64,000 bases of DNA, taken from Podarcis erhardii (lineage: Eukaryota). The translations under genes and the position numbers were made by a program. Under the pieces are notes generated by a model that was not told the origin of the DNA, did no database searches, and was given only the letters and a program-made list of their open reading frames with translations. Below, piece after piece: positions 1 to 13,998 of this stretch (position 1 is the first letter of the stretch; each line of letters starts with the position of its first letter). The stretch lies in the NCBI GenBank assembly GCA_964252035.1, contig OZ176204.1, one strand, 5' to 3'.

Positions 1-317
1 GAGACTTTTCCCACAAAGCATCGCTAATTGCATTATGGCTATCTGGCAGCCAAACTGAGAAGACCACAGTCCTTACCTTGTAGAGGTGGCATTTGGATTA
101 GCGAGTTTAACATTTTGCAAATGTTACCTAATGCCAAATGGAAGAGGCGTAACCGAGTCTGTTTATGGAAATATTTTTTTACATGTAGAAACAGCTAAAC
201 CTTCCCTGACACAGGCATTATTTGTACAATCAAAATACCAACCTGGGTGCAGCTTAGTTTTTGTTGAGAACAAGTTGGTTTGATCTAAAATGCCTTGTTA
301 TGGCAGAAATGTGTAGT

Positions 318-343
318 TGCTGCTGCTGCTGCTGCTGCTGCTG
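318..343. repeat. (TGC)n microsatellite
   Basis: Directly visible run. Confidence 0.95.
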
Positions 344-3300
344 TGTGATTCTGCTAGTTTATAAAGCTAGTTTGCTGGGATTGTATGCCCCATCATGCAT
401 ATAGCTGTCTGAGACATCTTGATAACTTTAGTAGATTTCTGTCAACCTCTTCTCCCCTCCCTCCTCTTTAAGGTATTCTACCACTCGTGTATGGAGGGAG
501 GGTTTAATATCAAATCCTTGCATATAGATCATACCATCTAAAGCATGGATGATTGACCTGTGGCCCTATAGGTTATGATGAATTCCTACTCCCATCAGCT
601 CCAGTCAGCATGGCCATTGGTCACGGATAGTGAGAGCTGTAGTTCAGCAACATTTGGAAGGCCACAGATTCTCCACTCCAATCTAAAGACTGAGATCTTG
701 CTGAGGTTTCCCCTGGTTAGAGAGTGTGCTTTTCTCTGCAACCATAAAAAGAAGGAGGTTCTCCTCTTCATTTCCCCCAGCTGAAGACTGTAGTTTTCAG
801 TGTTCTAACATATTTTTATGGCCTGGACAACATTTTCAGTAAGCTAGCCTGATTAGGGTATTTGCATACGTTGCCAATTTGCATAAAGAGCTGGATTTTG
901 TTACTTGCAGTGTCAAGAATAACTGATGAAGCATTAACACATCACTTTGGAGATTTGGCTTTGGTTCTTTGGTCTGCCACTCACTTCACTCTGTAAACTG
1001 CCTGCTCTGCCAGCTCTTTGCATTTCTTTTGACACAATTCTATGTACTGTACGTATATTCAGAAGCAGGTCTTCTGAGTGAGGCTTACTTTCAAGTAAGT
1101 GTGTGTAGGATTGCAGCTGATAATTCAGTATCTGCACATACGAGCTGAGGATTTTGGAAGTGTTCAACACCGAAAAATATGAATGCCTCATAGCTGAGCT
1201 TTAGAGAAGCAAAGAGTAGAGCTGTTCCTGAAATCAGCTCACTGCAGAACAAGTAATGAAGTTAGCCTTGGGGTTAGCATACTTTAGAAGTGGCATAAAT
1301 ATAATGGGGAAGAAGTGAACTGATGTAACATAATGGTGCCGTTTGTGTCTTTTTTTTACACCCGTGTTGACACGGGTGTATGAATTGATAATGCTATTTT
1401 ATTTTATTTTGAAGCCCTAAAAGACTCTGGACCAGTTAAGGACTGTCTTGCTCCTTATGTCCCTTCCTGAACACTCTGATCATTGGGAGATGTACTCTTG
1501 GTGGTGACTCTTACTCCTCCTGTCTGCTTCACAGTTGTTAGGAGCAGGGTGTATAGCACTGTAGCACCTGCTTGGTAGAACTTTCTCCTGATTAGTATCA
1601 GACAAGCATTTACTCCCTGCCCCCTGGCAAAAACTTATTTTATAAAGGCAAGCATTTACAATGCCAACTTTTAAACATGTGCTCAAAATATTTTTTGTTC
1701 ACTTGGACATTCCCTGAAGTGTGACAGATTACTGACCATGGCAAATACTATTGTTCAGTAGTTTGTTGTGTTTTTATATTGGATTGTATACCATTTTCTT
1801 ACTCCATGTTAGCTGATATTTACATCTGTTAACTAACTAACTAGTTTCTGATGGCCAGTCCAAAGAGAAAAGAGCCCTTTTCTAAAGGACTGACTTCTAA
1901 CAGGGGTGGACACTGCTATTGGTTAAATGTTTCATGTAGGGCCTTGCATTTGAATATTTGCATGTTTCAGGTTCAGTTTGATTTGTAAAAGTTTGGTGCA
2001 GTGGATGATGTGTTAGCTTTAGATGTGTGGAGGCCCAGTCTCAAATTCTTGCTTTATGGAGCACACGCTGTAGCTTTCTGTGCTAATTACTTCACAATGT
2101 ACTTGTTGGGATTTATAAAGAATTATAAATTGCATCAAGCTTGAATTTCAGTGTTGCTGAAATTCCTTTGGCCACCAAAACCCATGTTTTGCTACTGTGA
2201 ATTCAGACATTTTAAAGTGACCTCAGTTCTCAGAAGCATTTAGATTTTTATAAAATAAAATAAATAGTCAGTATGCAGGGAGGCATTTGATGAATTCAGG
2301 TAAAAATTTCCTGAGGTAATAGTAGATCATGAACTTTTAAGGACTTGATGGTGAGGGAGAGTGGCCTCATGCTGTTGTAGGATGTACATCTATACTTGTA
2401 TTTTTAAAAGTTATATTTCAGCGGAGTCGTTTATTGAACATTAGTATATCTACAAATTACAAAATACTGTTCCAGATTTTCATGATTTTTCTTCAAGTTA
2501 TTACCTGAAAGGGCTATAGTACTTTCGATTTCTGACTTCTGACTTCTCATACTGACAAAGCTTGTTGCTTCCAGCTGTTGTTGTTGTTGTTGGTGGTGGT
2601 GTTGTTGTTGCTGCTGCTATTTTTGACATCCACTGTGACAAGAGGACTGCTCTCTTCATTTGAGTTTTTGGAAGCAATGGAGAGTTGAGCCTGTTCCCTT
2701 TCCAAGTCTGATGTGGTTTGACAGCTCCTTTGTGGGTCTTTGCCTTTCAGATCTCGTAGGAGGATAAACGGCTGTAGCTGGTCACTGAATGATGAATTTT
2801 AGCAGCTGGAACTGCATCCATCCATGAAATAGACACGATGCAGACTCCCCTGAGAGCTAAAAGGAGTGATTGAAAATTAATATTGTTTGAATTGAACTCC
2901 TTAGGCCTTTCAGTTAAACTCATAAATGCAGGCAGCAATTACAATCGGATCTGCTACAGTGTGTCACCACAGCAGAAAGCCTCTTGTTATTGTTTCACAG
3001 TGGTATTGGCAGGCATGCAATGTGTGGGGTAACACCTCTGAGTAGTGCATGTCTGTTGGTATGTGACTGGGAGGAACGCATTGGAAGACAAAATGTATTT
3101 TACCAGAGGACTCACTGCTTGGCTCATCCAGACCTGTACACATCCATTTTCTATTCAAAACAAGCATTAAATACAATATCAAGAAAAACGATGGCCTAAA
3201 TATCAAACTGTCTTTAGCATACGAGGTATTCACTGGAAGCGTGTGCAGAGGGGCAAGTCTTCCGGATATTTGCTGTAAGAAGGAAGGTGCTTGTAAACAT

Positions 3301-6300
3301 TACGTGTCCTTGGGTGATGTACGCAACCATGCCATAGGAACAGTTTGAAAAGGTAATTGTAGGAACATGTTGGAGTGTTTGCAGTCATTCTTGTAAAGAG
3401 AAGGAGGGCTCTTGAGAAATTCTTGTGGCAGGCAGCTCTTGCCTGAAGCTTATGTTTCTGATGGAGCTTATAAAAGGTTCTAAAACAACCTGTTTTATGG
3501 TTTCTTAACCCAGAGTTTATCACCCTTCCCCCCCCACCCTGCTACTTTGAAACTCTTGCGAGAGAGAGCAAGAGAGAATGAGAAATGTTTTTCTTTGAAG
3601 GACATCCTCCCATTGCAGAGCTTAAATGAGGTAGTTTTGCTTTTCAATCTCCCAGAACCTGCAAATTAAGTTTCTACAGAATCAAACTGCAGCGGCAGAA
3701 GAGGGATTAGGACCATGGTGGTGCAAAGGAGAAAACAGCTCTGATTACTCAAAATAATAATTCTAATTCGTAAGGAGAGACTTGCAGTGGATTACACGTG
3801 TTGAATCGCTCTAGTGAATGACTCAACGTAATCCAAATAGTGACAGTTTTTATTACATTTATACAGTATTCTGCCCTTTCCCCACAGTTTTTGTTTCTCA
3901 AAAAGAAAAGAAAAAAGCAGAAGATCAGCACTTCTGTGAGATTGGCAGAGGTGAACTTCTATGAAGTCTCCATAACTGAGTGCCTAAGGCCAAATCACTG
4001 CAGTGCATCATCTTAAATCTGGAAAGGTCTTTTTTAAATGGGCTGAATTCAGATATGCTACTTTATGTATAATCTGAGCATCTGGAATTTTTGGTAAAGT
4101 TTATTATTATTCCTCCGTGTTATAATTTATATAAAAAAGTGATAACAATGACAGGATCAGACAAAAATTAAAAGATGAAAAACAGCACATGACTCCGACC
4201 ATATGGTGAACCATTCAAAAGATGGGCAAATATATTGGAAAAATCAACTTGCTTTAACATCAGCTTGTGAAAATCTGTGAATATGTGCTTAATTTGGCTA
4301 GGCAGCAAGGGCTCTATTCCCTGGCAGGTGGGATTTCAAGTGGTAAACAATCCTGCATTGTGGTATGAGATTGAATTCTGTTGCTCTGGATTCTAGAAAC
4401 TGCCTCCCACCCAGTCTCGGGCAAACTGATTCTGTTATTATTGAGAGCAATGGGGTTTTTGCTGCTCAAGGGAGCCATGAATTGTAACACCAGCAATGGA
4501 AGGAATCGTCTGAGCCTTATAAGAAGCTGTGTGAATGAAGTTCTCCACTGTACTATTATTGATGTTTTAGATGTTTGTGTACAGTGTCATTTAATGCTTC
4601 TACAAGCTGCCCTGGGAGTGCCAATTGGCACTGAAAGCCGGGATATGCATCAGAACCAGGTAGTTTCCATAGTGCTCTCCAGATGTTGTGGTCTACAACT
4701 CCCATTAACCTCTGGCCAGCATGGCCAATGGGCAGGGATCATAGGAGCTGTAGATCACAACATTTGGAGGGCACCATGTTGTCTACCCCTGCATTGGAAC
4801 AAAGATGAAACAGCTGGGGGTATGCTCATCTCAAAACTGTGAAATCATGCATATTTTACGGGATGATATATCAGTTCAGTCCATAATCGGTTGCCTTATC
4901 TTAATAAAATCTGAGAAAACTTCCCACCACATTATCTTAGTGTGGCTGAAATTTGAGGAGGAATTTGTGGTCATAAGAAGAATAAATTACTTAAGGGGCC
5001 TCTAAGAGAGCTAATCCACATTGGTACTACTGAGTGGTCTGGTAAGGAGAGGCAGCTGTTAATACAATCTTGTTCCCTCTCAGTGACTTGAATAGTGCAT
5101 GAAGTATGTATCCCTGCAACCCTATATTATAAAATACCATGCTGCTTTAAATCTCCCCAGCATGATTACTGGGCATAGCTATGGAGGCATCCTCCAGACC
5201 TAGTAAATAACGTTTCATTTTTCGACAGGAGTGATGGATGAATGCAGCATCCTTGCTGAGGATAAACTGAGAAACAGCTGTCATTGTACAGAGCATTTAG
5301 CCATTGCTTATTGTTAAAGCCTTGGCGCTTGGGAAAACTACTCTGATAAAACTCCTGGCCAAGACTGGAGCCTTCAGGACAGACAGCTGCATTGTGAGAA
5401 GTGGGATTCAGGGCAGACCTTGATTTCTTTTGGTTTCTTTGTGATCTTTTTGGAAACATTTATGATAGCATTGTAAACAAGCCCACAAAAGTTCCTCTCT
5501 GGTTTTTTTGTTTTGTTTTTGTAAACTGATTTGTGGTTTTTAGATAATCAAGTGGTGTGTAAATTTCATGAAATAAATAAATAAAAATAACACAGCCAGC
5601 AAGGCTGATGGAGCCTTGTTATGGTGGGTGAGTTCTGAACCATTAGTGCTGAGATGTTCCTCCTTCAGGGAGTACATTTTTTCATGCTGTTTCTAAAGAA
5701 GCAGCAACAGGAAAATCTCTCCACAGGCCATGCTTTTCAATGCATCCCTCTTCCATTTGTCAAAGCAATGTTCCTATAAACATAAACAGTGAATGGAAGC
5801 TAAGTAACTGGCTCAGAAGTACAGAGGGTGAATTCTGCCATAATCTTTTGTTGTTTGATCTCTGTGGGAAATAGAAGCAGGAAGAGAGGCTGACAGGCTG
5901 CTTTCTGTGCGTGTATTTATTCTGACATACCTTGATGGAGCTTCTGGTTGTGTTGTTCCATTGTCTCTCTGGTGTCCATGTATCTAGCCTGACCTAAGGC
6001 CTTGAATCCCCAGACGCTATGGAAGCACCCCGCTATGGGATGATATATTTGGCACTTGCCCCTGGAGGTGCTCATGTGTGAACATGCCCATATTTATAGG
6101 CAGGTTTTAATCTAGAAGAAGAGCAGCTGTTGTGTACAACATATAAGAAGTGGACTAAAACATTCTGGCAGGTTTGCAATGACATGTAGATTTTTTTGCT
6201 CTAATTTTGTTTTAGCACTTCAAATAAAAACCAAAGCCAAGTGAACCTAGTGCATAAAATCCAAATTGGGGAGAACTGTCCAGCAGTGTGAAGCAGTTGT

Positions 6301-7760
6301 TTCTGGCTCCTAAATGTTGATCTCATTCCCATAAAAGGAAGAGAATTGTCTCTCTTTGAGACCTAAGCATCCTCTGTCATTGTTTTTTTCAAGAAAATAA
6401 AGCCACTTTCTCCCTTTTGAAAGCACCCCATCTTTTCCCCCTGCAAAACAAACAAAACCGGTTGTCCTGGCTGGGACTTACTCCATTGTACAATCATTTA
6501 TCCTTTTATGCTGTCTTTCAAAGCAGCCTTCATTGGACACCAAACTGTTTCCCTTGAAATGGAAGCATCAGGAGGCTGTGCAAGCAAACAACATTCAGAG
6601 CTGCTTCAAAGTAGACACTAGGCTTATAAGGCTCTGGAATTTAGTCTGTCATCCACACTCTAGTTTCCTATTTTGTGCAGTACAAGGGGTGCTGACTGTA
6701 ATTGTATTATTAGAGCATAAACTAGCATCTAAGGTTTGTAGAAATCAATGGGACATACGTACTAAGCAAATGGCGGTAAGCACACAGGACTCCAAAGTGC
6801 ATGTTCTTACAGATGCAGACTTCCGCTTGCTTCACTGAGCATTTTAACTTGTACAGATTCACACAGTTGTCTTAAATGCTAAGTAGAAGCTGACACCCTG
6901 AGGGCTCAGTAGCACATACTGTATTTCCTGGAATCGGCAAGGGTTGGGGGAAGGCAGCACAACCCAAAGGAGACAGAGAGTGGAGCTGAAGGCAATGGAG
7001 CTGTGCAGAACAGCAAAGCAAAACAACTGTACCCACCAACCCAGAGCAGAAGGGTATTCTCTGGTCTACGGAGGCTAGAACCCAGTGTGGCTAAAGACAC
7101 TTCCCAGTTAAAAGGGGCAAGAATAATATCCAAATGCTGTTCTCTTCTACTGTGTAGCACAGGAGAATTTATATTGGTCAGATGTTCTACACCTTTGACC
7201 TTACCCAAATATAAGGCTGATCTTATTTCACGAGGAGAGAGGCAAAGGCTGAGAAGGATAAATTGAAAAACTGGTCCAAGGTGAACTGCTGGAACATAGT
7301 GTATAGAATTGCTGTCACATCAGAATGCTTCCTCACATTAAGATGTGTAAAACACATTGTGAGATTCCCATTTGGTGCAAGGATGGTGCTTCGAAGCTGA
7401 AGGTTGCCAACGGAGAAAGCTCTTGGCAGAAAAGGCAGATTTTTCTTTCAATCTCTATTGTTGTGATTGTAGAAGCCAAGAGGCCATGAAACCAGTTTGA
7501 CTGGAGATTGCTGTGGGTAATCGCTCTTCCCTCTAATCACACAAAAATGAGGAAGTACTAGAAAGATTTTGGCTCAAAAACATGCAGTGTTGGACATGGC
7601 TCCACAGTGGAAAGTATTTAGTAGAGGGTGGTTCTCTGGATGTTGCTGGACTACAAGTCCCATTATCCTTGGCCATTGGCCATGTTGCCTGGGTCTGATG
7701 GGAGGGCCACAGGTTCTCCAATTTAATGGAAACTGTGCTTAATATGAACGATGCAGTGGA

Positions 7761-7963
7761 TAGGGTTGCCATATTTCAAAAAGTGAAAATCCAGACCGCT
7801 TTTTGGGGGCCAAAGTAGTTTTGCCGAAAGAGTTGTTGAACTTTTGGACGCTGCCAACATTGGTTGCCGTACATCGGGAATTTCCTGGACATTTCACCCA
7901 GACACTGCTTCTGGCTGTAGTATTCCGGGTATGTCCTGGAAATTCCAGACATATGGCAACCCT
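7761..7963. mobile_element. hAT-like MITE (TAGGGTTGCCATA termini)
   Basis: TIR AGGGTTGCCATAT / ATATGGCAACCCT; flanking direct repeat gcagtgga(t) at 7753 and 7964. Confidence 0.8.
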
Positions 7964-9247
7964 GCAGTGGATCAGAAATTGATGATGATAAGTATTGATA
8001 ATAGAATCCTATTCCGCTGGCACAGCTGAGTCATATTTACAATTCAAGCTGCACCTCTTAGTCATTGGTTCCCATATGGAATCTCTCTCACTCTCTCACT
8101 TACCTGGAAGGAAGTGTAGCATGGAAGGTGCTTGTTGTACATGGGTAAAAGTCTGATCTGGTGCTCCACCCACTTTTGTTTTGGGCACCACCTGTCACTG
8201 GCAGGTGGCCTCTGAATTGCTGCTCATGAGTTAGTGCAGCCTTTGGACTCAGAAAGGTTCCCCATTTCTGATCTAGACAGAACAAATTTGATAGGTGCCA
8301 GTGCTAAAATGTTTGTGGTAAATGAGGGGTTGGGACTCCTTTTGGCCTGGCAGAACAGATCTTTATTTCCCTCGACTGCATGGGCCAATGTTCGCTGGTG
8401 GGCAGGGTCACTCTTGCTGATCAGATGACTGACAGGTAGGCAGGACCACTCATCTCTCAGAGTTAATCCATTGAGTGGGAAGAGGGGGGTTCAGCTAGTT
8501 GGGGTTCAGTCCTGCTGTCTGCAGGGCTCTACACCCAATGTGACTTACATGTAACAGGATCCCACTCATAACTCTGGCTATGTATCTAAAAAATACAGTT
8601 TCTATTTCAGAAGGGTATTGACGGGCTTATTTAAATTTCAAGAAAACCTTCAAGCTGTTTTCTTTGAGCTAGTTCCACTGTGACATTTTGGCTTTACCAG
8701 TAAGCTTCAGAAACTCATCCCATGTGCGCAGGTATGTAAAAAAAATATTCTGCCCAAGTGACACAGCATGCATCTGGGTTATCTCATGAGCTGAGGCTGG
8801 ATATGTGGATAGGATTATTTACCAGCAACTTGTGCATGTGCACAAATCTAACAAATATTTTGCATTAATTAATGTACCTATAGGATTCATTCTCCAAGCC
8901 ATTTTGTGGTTGCTTAATATTGCATCAAACCTGGCTTTAGCTTCAGCATCTCACTTCCATAAGTGATAGATTTTGTTCAAACAGTTAAATCAAGGACCAA
9001 GTCTCTGTTCTACTGTACTGGAGAAAGCAGCTCTCTTAACCCCCTTTCATGTCCTGGGATTGTTCTCTTAAAAGCTTCCTTTTCCAACAGCACTGCATCA
9101 TCCTCAGTAATTTCTGATTCACTTTGTTCTTGCTTCCCAGTATGGCAGGAGCTTTTAACTTGCCCTGCAGCCATTTTCCTCCTTTGCTGCAGGCAGAGGG
9201 CAGAGCATTTTGCTCTTTTGCAAGTTTTAACTGAGCCTCAGAGAGAA

Positions 9248-9249
<2 letters not shown>

Positions 9250-9305
<56 letters not shown>

Positions 9306-9330
9306 TGTGTGTGTGTGGTTGTGTGTGTTT
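9250..9330. repeat. Compound (CT)n(GT)n microsatellite
   Basis: About 52 bp of CT followed by interrupted GT repeats. Confidence 0.95.
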
Positions 9331-12300
9331 CCACCCATCCCTGTGTTTCCAGAGCATCTGATTTCTTGGATCAGACAGATAATACCAAAAAATCTTCATT
9401 GATCAAATAATTACACTATGGTGCTAAATATTTTATGTGGAAGTTAAATATGTTTGGAGCTTACTCTCACACCAGAATTTTGGCTTCTCAGAGTTAATAT
9501 GTTAAGGTTCCACCCTAGCACTGAACCTGAAACAAATAACCTTTCATATTTATTCCACACATGTGCAAAGTTGCCTTATGAAGTGGTAGTAGTTCATTTT
9601 TCCTGTTTACAGTTGAGAAAACCAAGTTGGGCCTGCTCAAGGTTATTTGCAAATGGATAGATGAACTGGGATTTCACTTCTGCTGCAGGCTGAATGCTTT
9701 ATGCACCAATACGTCTTTTTAATAGCAAATAACTGTTTCTCGTGGTCCTTATGCACATATGAGGACAGGTAGCACTTGGTTTCCTGATATTTACACATTA
9801 TCTGTTGCATGATACTTGTTATCTGTACAGAGGCATACCTAGGCTCCCCCCTCTCCATTTTTGCCCCTTGGCAAGAAAATGTATCAGTACCTCTGAAGCC
9901 AGGAGAGACCATGTACCAGAAACTCAAAAAACTTTATTCTTGTTGCCTTTCATGCTCTGCCAATAACTTCCTCTGCAGCCATTGGCATCAGGTCTGGTCT
10001 GCTCCACCTCTCCTCCTCCTCCTTCTCCATTGGTCAATCCGTCCATCTGCTTGCCTGCCTCCCTTGGCTCACCGCTTTCCCTTCTGGCTTCTTTCTTTTT
10101 TCCTCCTCCTGCAACTCATGCCCGCTCTCTCCCTCTTTCTTCCCTCTGAGCCCTGCTGGGTGCCTCACTCACACTTCTAATAGCACCACCAGTCAACTGT
10201 GGAGGGGGCCCTGCAGGACCCATGCCTGTGACCAGATTCCTCTCCCAAGGTGCCCGGAAGAGTCTGTGTATCTCACCTGGCTGCCCAGAACAGCAGAGGA
10301 GTGGCCCGGGGAGTGTCCAAGCGGGTGGAGTTCTCCTAACCACTCTGAGCCAGAGTGGAGAAGTGTGATTTTTGCATCCCTCTGGGTCTGTGCCCTTGGT
10401 GGCGGCCCAACCTATCTAACCCTTAGGCATGCCTCTGTATCTATATGCATGCAGAAGAGGCCTTAGCCCTGTTTGAGTTGAAGCAGTTCTCAAATTGGCA
10501 AGAGTGACATCATTTGAATAGCACAGTGCAGAGGTTGGGGACAGGGAGGTAGCCTTTATTGGAGTAGTGGAGATGTTGTGCTTACCTGCCATACTTGCAT
10601 TTGTAAATCCACAAAATTCACAGTTTCCCTTCTCAACGTCTCTTTACTGACAACTGGACTGCTCACATACTTTGGTGTTGTTTTGTCACACACTGTTGCA
10701 TTCTTTCAGTCTACAGCTGCTAGCAGCCATCTTCCCCTGCCCCCAACATCTCACCCAGAACCAAGGAGGTGGATGAGAGCCATTTGTTTAGAGGGCTACT
10801 CCCACTACCGGTCTGGCTTATTCCATGCCACTTCCATTCCATCTTGGACAGCAGAATAAAGTAAGCTTGCATTCAGGGCATGGGAAGGAGAGATTCTATG
10901 GTAGGCAAGACTCCCCTTTGTGTTTTGATGCCAGTACTGAGAACAGAGCTCTCTGCTCATAAATTTTACCAGCATTTGTCTGTTTAAGGAGATCTCATCC
11001 GCTTGACATTTGGATTAGTTTCACCCTTCCCTATCCTCATGCTGATGAATAGGTTAGCTGTGCAGTGTGGAATAAACATTGATTAGGATAAGTGGACTGT
11101 TCAGCTGAATTACGGATTCAACCAGCCACTTCTCATACTTTGCTGCTTCTGCCTGTCCTTTCTTACAGAGGAGGTTGGTTCAACTGGACCTCTGCACATG
11201 TCCAGAATTGTGTGTATGGTTTTGCTTTGTTCTAATAATGAGAGAATACCATGTGATCATCACAGGAAGCCCTTATTGTGTGAGGCTGCGCTGGTATAAA
11301 CTGGAGGTACATCCAGTCACAAGGAGGTGGTTACACTGTGACCCAATTAATTCCAAAATCCAATCCAATAGCTAATACATCTAATGCCTTTTTGCATTCC
11401 CTAAGAAGTCCCATTTCAGCAAGGATGAGAGCACCTTGCCATAAATATCTGTATTGGCAGAGATATCCCTATGTCTCCTATGTTTCAGCCTTTGGCACGA
11501 CACTAAATTAACTGAACTTGGGATGCACCATGAAGTCTCCACCAATGTCCTTTGTTATGTAATGTCATTTATGTCCGAGCCTGGACCCTTTGTAAAAAAA
11601 GCCCTTTCAGAATCAGGGAAAGCTATTGGGTCAGTTTTTCCTAAAACTGGGTACATAAAAAAAAATCCCAGTTTGTTCAGCTTTTGGGGAGATGCTTCAG
11701 GAGACAGGAAAACCACAACTTTTCATGTGACCATTTGCCTTTCCTCATTCTTTTTCTCTCCTTAAAATAAAGCTGGATCTTTTAAGAGTGCTTCTGTAGT
11801 GACATTTTAGTAAGACACATAGCTCTTCTGCTGTTTATAAATAATTTCATATAAGCAATTTAAATCTTTATCCATTCATAAATAAATATTACAGTTGCAG
11901 CAACAGTATGGCTGGTTCTCTGCAGCAAAGATACTAATATGCAAAATCCCACAAATTGATCAAGGTTATCAAAGCAAATGCAATTCTCTCTGTGTACATG
12001 TGTAGTGTTATTCATTATGCTTCCAGGCATGTATATTCTGTACAGATTTTCTGATGCCCATACAAATGTTGCCTGTCAAATGCTCATTGTGGGGCAGATC
12101 CTGACATTCACGTGTGAACTCTAATCGACACTGACCCCATGCAGTCTGTGCGGTTTTCTGTTCTCCCTAGAAGTGGGAGATTATTTTCCTAGAAAACCCT
12201 GCTATTCTTGCGAGGGGCTCCTTTATGTGCATACAAAGTCCTTCAAAGAATATTAACAACCTGAGTGTCTTGCAGAGGCCTGGAACTGATGATCCGGAGC

Positions 12301-12928
12301 TACAGATTTGATCAGTTCAGGCAACCTTGGAAAGGAGATCTGTGTGAAATGACTGAGAAACAGGCTGGAAAGGGCATCCAGCAGAACGCTTCCCACTTGC
12401 AAAGCGATTTGAGTGTCACCTTTCCTCGTGGCAGCACAGGTGGGGGGGAGGCTATCACATTCTCCCTCAAAGCTGGAGCTAGCTAACTCTCAGAGGTAGG
12501 GAGGCTGTGGCTCCCCCCACTGAGGCTCACCTTGCAGTTCTGCATTTTGGCACAGCAATGACACTTCAAAGGCAGGTACCTGCCATCTGTCACTGATCTG
12601 ATCCCCCTCAAGGTAGGGCTGCCGCAACACCAAGAAGGTGACTCCAACATTTAAGCTTTGCTCAGGGAATTTATTTGCTCTACGTAGGCAGGTTTAGTCA
12701 TTAAGGCTTATAACTCTGCAAACACCTTACAATTTGAAGTGATTGGTCTGCCTTCCCTGCCTTGTGCCTCATTCATGTACAATGTCACTGCCATTGTTCA
12801 TGCACATCAACAGAGCTGGTATTTTCATAAGTTGTATACTATTTGAATAAAATGATTGTTTGCATAAAGTTCCAGGATGAGCTCAGAGTGTTCCGAATCT
12901 CTCTCTCCCCTGCCCTCCCAATCATCTA

Positions 12929-13998
12929 CAGTGGTACCTCGGGTTAAGAACTTAATTCATTCCAGAGGTTCGTTCTTTTTTTCCATAATAATTTTTATTA
13001 ATTTTCCAACACAAATAAACAATCATATCAGAATTTCCACAAATTTAACTCTATTTGGACTTCCTTCAGCTTCTCTGACAATCATCCATATTTGCCTCCC
13101 AGTTACGCATTTATTCTGTTTATATTGCCATTAACCTTCCCTCCCACTTCTATTTCTGTTCAAACAATATATCTCAACTTTCACAGTGCTTCTTGGAACC
13201 CCACTAGCGTTGTTTGCACATCACACGTTCTTTTCAGATATTAAAAAAATTTCCCCCAGTCCTCGATGAACTTTTGGTCTCGAAGATATCTGATTTTCCC
13301 AGTTAGTCTGTCCAGTTCTGCATAGTCTGTCAGCTTCAGTCTCCATTCTTCTACCGTTGGTATTTCCTCTTGTTTCCAATTCTGGGCCAATAGGATTCTT
13401 GCTGCTGTAACTGCATATTGGAAAAGTTTAAAGTCCTTTCTTCTTATTTCCTTTCTTGTAATCCCTAAAAGAAATATCTCTGGTTTCTTTGCAAATGTAC
13501 ATTTTAACATCTTTTTCATTTCATTGTATATCATCTCCCAAAATCCCTTCACTTTCTTACATTCCCACCACATGTGATAAAACGTTCCTTCTATTTCCTT
13601 ACATTTCCAACATTTATTACACGTCTTATACATTTTTGCTAATTTTACCGGTGTGATATACCATCTGTAAAACATTTTCATAACATTTTCTTTTAGTGTC
13701 ATACAAACAGTGAATCTTAAATTCTCCTTCCACAATTTTTCCCAATCCTCAAACTGTATATTATAACCAAAATCTTTGGCCCATTGTACCATTGAGGTTC
13801 GTTCTTAACCTGAAACTGTTCTTATCCTGAGGTACCACTTTAGCTAATGGGCCTCCCGCTGCTGCTGCGCTGCCAGAACACGATTTCTGTTCTCATCCTG
13901 AAGCAAAGTTCTTAACCCGAGGTACTATTTCTGGGTTACCGGAATCTGTAACCTGAAGCGTATGTAACCTGAATCATCTGTAACCCGAGGTACCACTG
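12929..13998. mobile_element. Tc1/mariner (Tigger-like) MITE, family A, split by the L1 insertion
   Basis: TIRs CAGTGGTACCTC / GAGGTACCACTG, flanking TA at 12927-28 and 13999-14000; body matches the copies at 42154 and 54028. Confidence 0.88.
12978..13793 (-). mobile_element. 5'-truncated L1-clade LINE (ORF2 C-terminal Cys-rich region plus 3' end)
   Basis: ORF 13241-13792 with CWKC-x8-HMWWEC zinc-knuckle and W-rich C-terminus; A-rich tail at 12978 on the minus strand; 13-bp TSD GAGGTTCGTTCTT at 12965-12977 and 13794-13806. Confidence 0.9.

Noticed and set aside
2751-2853. Strong acceptor at 2750 plus ATGATGA...CTGA (SLF2 last exon or C/D snoRNA?)
   Set aside because: No frame resembles the SLF2 C-terminus, and there is no terminal stem around the C/D boxes.
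4381-4842. 153-aa ORF
   Set aside because: Runs through a decayed MITE; no domain, no splice or coding signature.
12289-12439. ATG-to-phase-1-donor segment ending SDLSVTFPRGST, faintly like the SEMA4G exon 1 motif
   Set aside because: No hydrophobic signal peptide, weak donor, similarity too slight.
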